Origin: Cyanophora paradoxa CCMP329 | Lineage: Eukaryota > Plantae > Glaucophyta | Direction of reading: 5' to 3' | Length of the DNA: 64,000 nt | Assembly: GCA_004431415.1 (NCBI GenBank) | Contig: QPMI01000168.1 | Location: forward strand, 1 to 64,000 | Shown: positions 60,346-64,000 of the stretch, in pieces | Position numbering within the stretch: position 1 is the first letter of the stretch | How the letters are laid out: each line of letters starts with the position of its first letter | Program-made: the position numbers and the translations under genes | Notes under the pieces: model-generated | What the model saw: the letters and a program-made list of their open reading frames with translations, nothing else | Databases searched by the model: none | Told to the model about the DNA's origin: nothing

Positions 60346-61400
60346 CTACGGCGGGCCCGCGGCCAGGGACGGGGGCGGGGGCGGGTCGCGGAGGCGGAGC
60401 TCGAAGAGGCGGACGGAGGTGGAGCCGGGAGGCGGCTCCTCCAGGAAGCTTTCCACGGGCACCTCCCGCCCCGCCAGGCCCCACCTGCCGCCCGCCTCAG
60501 GGTGGGGGGGGGGGGGGGTGGGGGGGGGGTACGGGGTGCTCGCTTCTGCAGGAGGTGCCCGATGGTGCGGTCGGCGCTGCGGGTCGGGGAGGGGGTGGTA
60601 AGGGCGGGGAGGGGAGGGAGGCGGGAGGGGGGTACGGCGCGGGCGCCTCCTCTCGTGGTAGGTCGTGAGGAAGGGGGCGCGGGGCGACCGCTCCAGGAAG
60701 AAGCGGACGGACGCGAGGACGTCGTCGAAATCTGCGAACGAAGGGCTCGAAAGGAACGGGCCGGGCCGGAGCCGAACCCCCGCGCGCGCGCCCTTCGGGT
60801 CGTAGAAGACGTCGGCGCCGAGGAGGAGGTCGGGGGCGGGCTCCTCGGCCAGCGGGTACCCCTCGAAGCGGCCCCAGGGATGCGCGTGCACCGTCGCGAT
60901 CTGCGGGGGTTCCGTCGGCGCTTCCAGGAAGGGGCGGCGGGCGGCGGCGAGCCGGGCGCGGCGCACGCCGGGGGGAACCAGCCCGAGCTCCTCGTTGACG
61001 AAGACGCCGCGGCGGACGTTCTCCAGCAGGTCCGCGTCGTCCAAATCCGTCAGCAGAACCCTGCGGTGCGGCGCGGAGCGGCCGTGGGCGCGAGCCCAGT
61101 GCTCTGACGGGATGGGTCGCCGCACCGCTTTGCGCCGAGCGCGGCGGCCGCGAGGCCTGGCAGAGACACGCCGCACCCCAGCTGCTCGTACAGGCGGGGC
61201 ACGGGGCGGCGATCAGCGCTCTGCAGTCGCCCTTGTGCTCGGGTGGCGCACCTCGAGCACGGTGCGGCCCTCGACCAGCTCCCGTCGCCTCCACAGGTAC
61301 TCCGCGAGGATCCGCGCGCTTGGCCATATGTAGTTCCCGTACTCGCCCCGCGCGCGCTGAACGACGCACAGGGACAGAGCGTCCGCGCCATCGCCGACGC
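60346..61400 (-). CDS. METTL23: METTL23-like protein methyltransferase (Methyltransf_16 family); start uncertain
   Basis: EYGNYIWPSARILAEYLW..VEGRTVLE|LGCGVSLPGL, VLLTD, HPWG, DLLLGADVFYDP, FDDVLASV and FLTTYHER. Confidence 0.88.
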
Positions 61401-61708
61401 TGACGAAGTCGCCTTCGCGATCCGTTGCACGTAGCTAACGTTTGAAACGTGTACCGCACTTTCAGACCGCCGGAAGCGACGGCAAAGCCCGGTGTGCTGA
61501 GTGGACTGTGCTCCTCGGCCGGGGTACGCACGATTCGGGGGTCTTCCCGCCAGAGCTGGCGATCTGCCTCGGCGCGAGCGTCGAACCGGTGCGTGGTGTG
61601 CTGGTCGAGGTGAAGAATGCCTGCGCGGCTCGCAGCCCGTCGCAGCGCGGCGCCTCAGGCCGCTGACTGTCGAACCCGCAGACCCGTCGCGGCCGGAAAC
61701 AGCTGGCG

Positions 61709-64000
61709 ATGGAGATCTGCCGCGAGGAGCCAGCGGCCTCGGGAGAGCGCGCGGAGAAGCGCGCACGCGTCGAAGGGCCGGCGCCGGTCATGATCAGCGC
61801 TGCTGCCACGCCTCCGGACCCGCACGCGAGGGCAATCGATGCGCTGCCGGACGCGGTGATTGGCGACGTGTTTAGAGCGCTCGGTTTGAAAACGAGCTGG
61901 CCCCTGCGCGGCGTGTGCAGGTTCGCCACGCGCGCGCGCCCCCCGGCCCGTGCCGCGCCCGCGCTGGCCGCCGGGCCGCGCACCCGCGCGCCGCCGCCGC
62001 ACGCCCGCAACGCTAACGTTGCGCGGACCTCAGTCGATGGCGGCGAGTAATCGAAGAGACGGAGTGGCCGAGCGTCGAGCTGCGTGTCAAGGGCGGGAAG
62101 CCGACCGACTGGACGTCGAGCGGCGTGGTGATCAAGCGGAGCAAACAGCCGCGCACGGCCGGAGCAGGCGGCGCGGGGCCAAGGCACGAGTACAGCCTGT
62201 TGTCCGCACTCTTTGAGGAGGGGAGGCTTCGGCTCGGCGGGAGCGCCGGCTGCAGCTTCGCACTCCGGGCGGAGCTTCCGCAGGTTGGCGCGGAGGACAG
62301 CAACGCAGCGGTTCTGACGGAAAGCCACCAGCTCGCCGCGTTCGCGGCGTGCGAGCTACTTGGTGCCGTTGCGTCCAGCCTAAGCGACCCGACACAGCTG
62401 CGCGAGGTTTCCGTCGAGTTTTCCCGCGCGCCCGGCAGCAGCAGCAGCAGCAGGGTCGCGAACGCCTACCGGCTGGCGACGGAGGATCTCCTGCGCTCTT
62501 CCCTGCTCGGCGTGCTGCGGGCGCTGCGGCCGCCGGCGGGGGCGCCCGCCAGCCGCCTGGAGGGCCTCAGCGTCGTGTTCCGCGGCAGGTGGCGCGGCGA
62601 CGCCGCGGGCCCGCGGCAGGCGTGGCCCCGGGCCGCCGAGCTGCGGGCCGCCCTCGCCCCCTTTGGGCGGCTCCGCTCCCTTACCCTATCCTTCGCTCGC
62701 GCCGACGCCGGCGCCGACGGGGCGGCCGCCGCGGCGATTGCAGCCGCCTGCCCCCTCCTGCGCTCCCTCGCCCTCGGCCCGAGCGAGGCCGCCGCGCTGG
62801 CCGCCCTGGCGCCCCTGGCGCACCTCGAGCGGCTGGCTGTCGCGTGGCCCCCGCCGGCCGCGGGCGGCTCGTGCCCGACCGACGCCTCTGCCGGCTTGGT
62901 GCCCCTCGCCTACGGCCCCGCCGGCCGAAGCCTCAGGGCCGTCGCGTTCGTGGATGACCCGACTTCGGATCCGTTCCTGTGCGCCCCCCGCTCCCGCCCC
63001 TTCGCCACGTACCCCCCCTTCGTTCGCCCACGCCCCTCCGCGCCTGCGCAGGGAGCCGGAGGGCGCCCGCTCCGCCCGCGTCGCCGCCACTCAGCCGTCC
63101 CTCGCCGCCCTCGCCCGAATGCCCAACCTCGAATCCGTCGTACCCCTCCAGGCGCGTGCGCGCGCACATCGTACCCCCGGCCCGCGATCCCGCCGCGCAT
63201 CGTACCCCTGCGAGCCCGTCTGCGGTCACGGCTGACGGTCACGCCCCGCAGATCGACGCGGGCGGCCTGAAGCCGGAGGGCGTGCTTGCGCTCGGGCGCC
63301 TGGCGGGCCTGCGGGAGGCGCGCCTGTCCCTCTGCGGCGTGGCCAACTCGGCCGCCCTGCGCGCCCTCGCCGAGGCCCTCTCTTGTTTGCCCCGCCTCGA
63401 GCGGCTCGGGCTCGAGCTGGCGCTGGGCGGTCCGCCCGCGCCCCCCGCGCCCTGCGCCCCGCGCGCCCTGGAGCCCGAGCTGAGCCGCAGCCGCGCAGGG
63501 TACAGCTCGAGGACGGGCGGCGTCGCGGCCCTTCTCAAGAGCGCCGGGGCGCGCCGGGCCCTCGCGGACCTGCACCTGGCCGCCGAGCGGCCGCTGGAGG
63601 AGGCCGAGGCGGAGGCCATCGCCGCCCTGCCGGCCCTCCGCCGCCTCCGCCTCTCCTCCCGGATCGACGCGCCCCCCTCCCTCCGCCCCTTCGAGGTGCC
63701 TCCTTTCCCGTACCCCGCCCGGAAAGCCCCTACCGACCCGCCGCCTCCGCTCGGAAGGCCCTGCGGGCCCTGCGGCCCGAGGTGGCGGTGCGGGTCGAGC
63801 TGCACAGGGGCGACATCGACGAACGGTCCTTCGCGGGGGCCAGGGCCGCCGTCGAGCGCATGCTGGCCGTGCGCCGGCCGGTCCGGCACCCCGCCCTCGG
63901 CTCCGGACTCTCGGCGCAGGCACCGGCGGCGGGCTCCGCTGCCCCATTCCCCTCCCCCTCCGCGGCTTCGCCCCAGCCCTCCAACCCCGCCTGGTCCTAG
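61709..64000 (+). CDS. F-box protein with LRR (RNI-like) repeats, multi-exon
   Basis: F-box IDALPDAVIGDVFRALGLKTSWPLRGVC|SRWRRVIE across the intron at 61921-~62034; LRR-like LRSLTL, ACPLLRSLAL, LAHLERLAV and LPALRRLRL. TAG at 63998-64000. Confidence 0.8.

Overview
This is eukaryotic nuclear DNA from a very GC-rich, intron-dense microbial eukaryote (alga or protist), with short GT-AG and GC-AG introns and microexons. Homopolymer indels suggest a long-read assembly, so single frameshifts are weak evidence of pseudogenisation. From left to right: (1) 1-~3580 is the end of an intronless, lower-GC, virus-like element with a possible capsid C-terminus, an HNH protein, two orphan ORFs and three (GGGACTT)n modules. 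(2) ~4260-8203 is a probable CACTA/CMC-type element carrying TlyA methyltransferase fragments and an 88-bp minisatellite. (3) A VIT1/CCC1 vacuolar iron transporter gene has two upstream 3'-half pseudocopies. (4) Rearranged gene fragments, a coiled-coil gene and a C-terminal RING-finger gene follow. (5) A ~6-kb gene is built from six tandem copies of an unrecognised Cys-containing module with conserved intron positions. (6) A transposon island contains an APE-RT-RNase H LINE nested inside a hAT-type element (8-bp TSD), a second hAT-type MITE, and a CACAG-ended MITE with a 3-bp TSD. (7) The window ends with TPR, FkbM methyltransferase, METTL23-like and F-box/LRR genes. Most striking are the chains of short palindromes that paralog comparisons show to be copy-specific extra sequence, resembling P-nucleotides or transposon-excision footprints. 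Also notable are F-box 5' modules found three times head-to-head with unrelated genes, the six-repeat protein, and the virus-like element with heptamer arrays.
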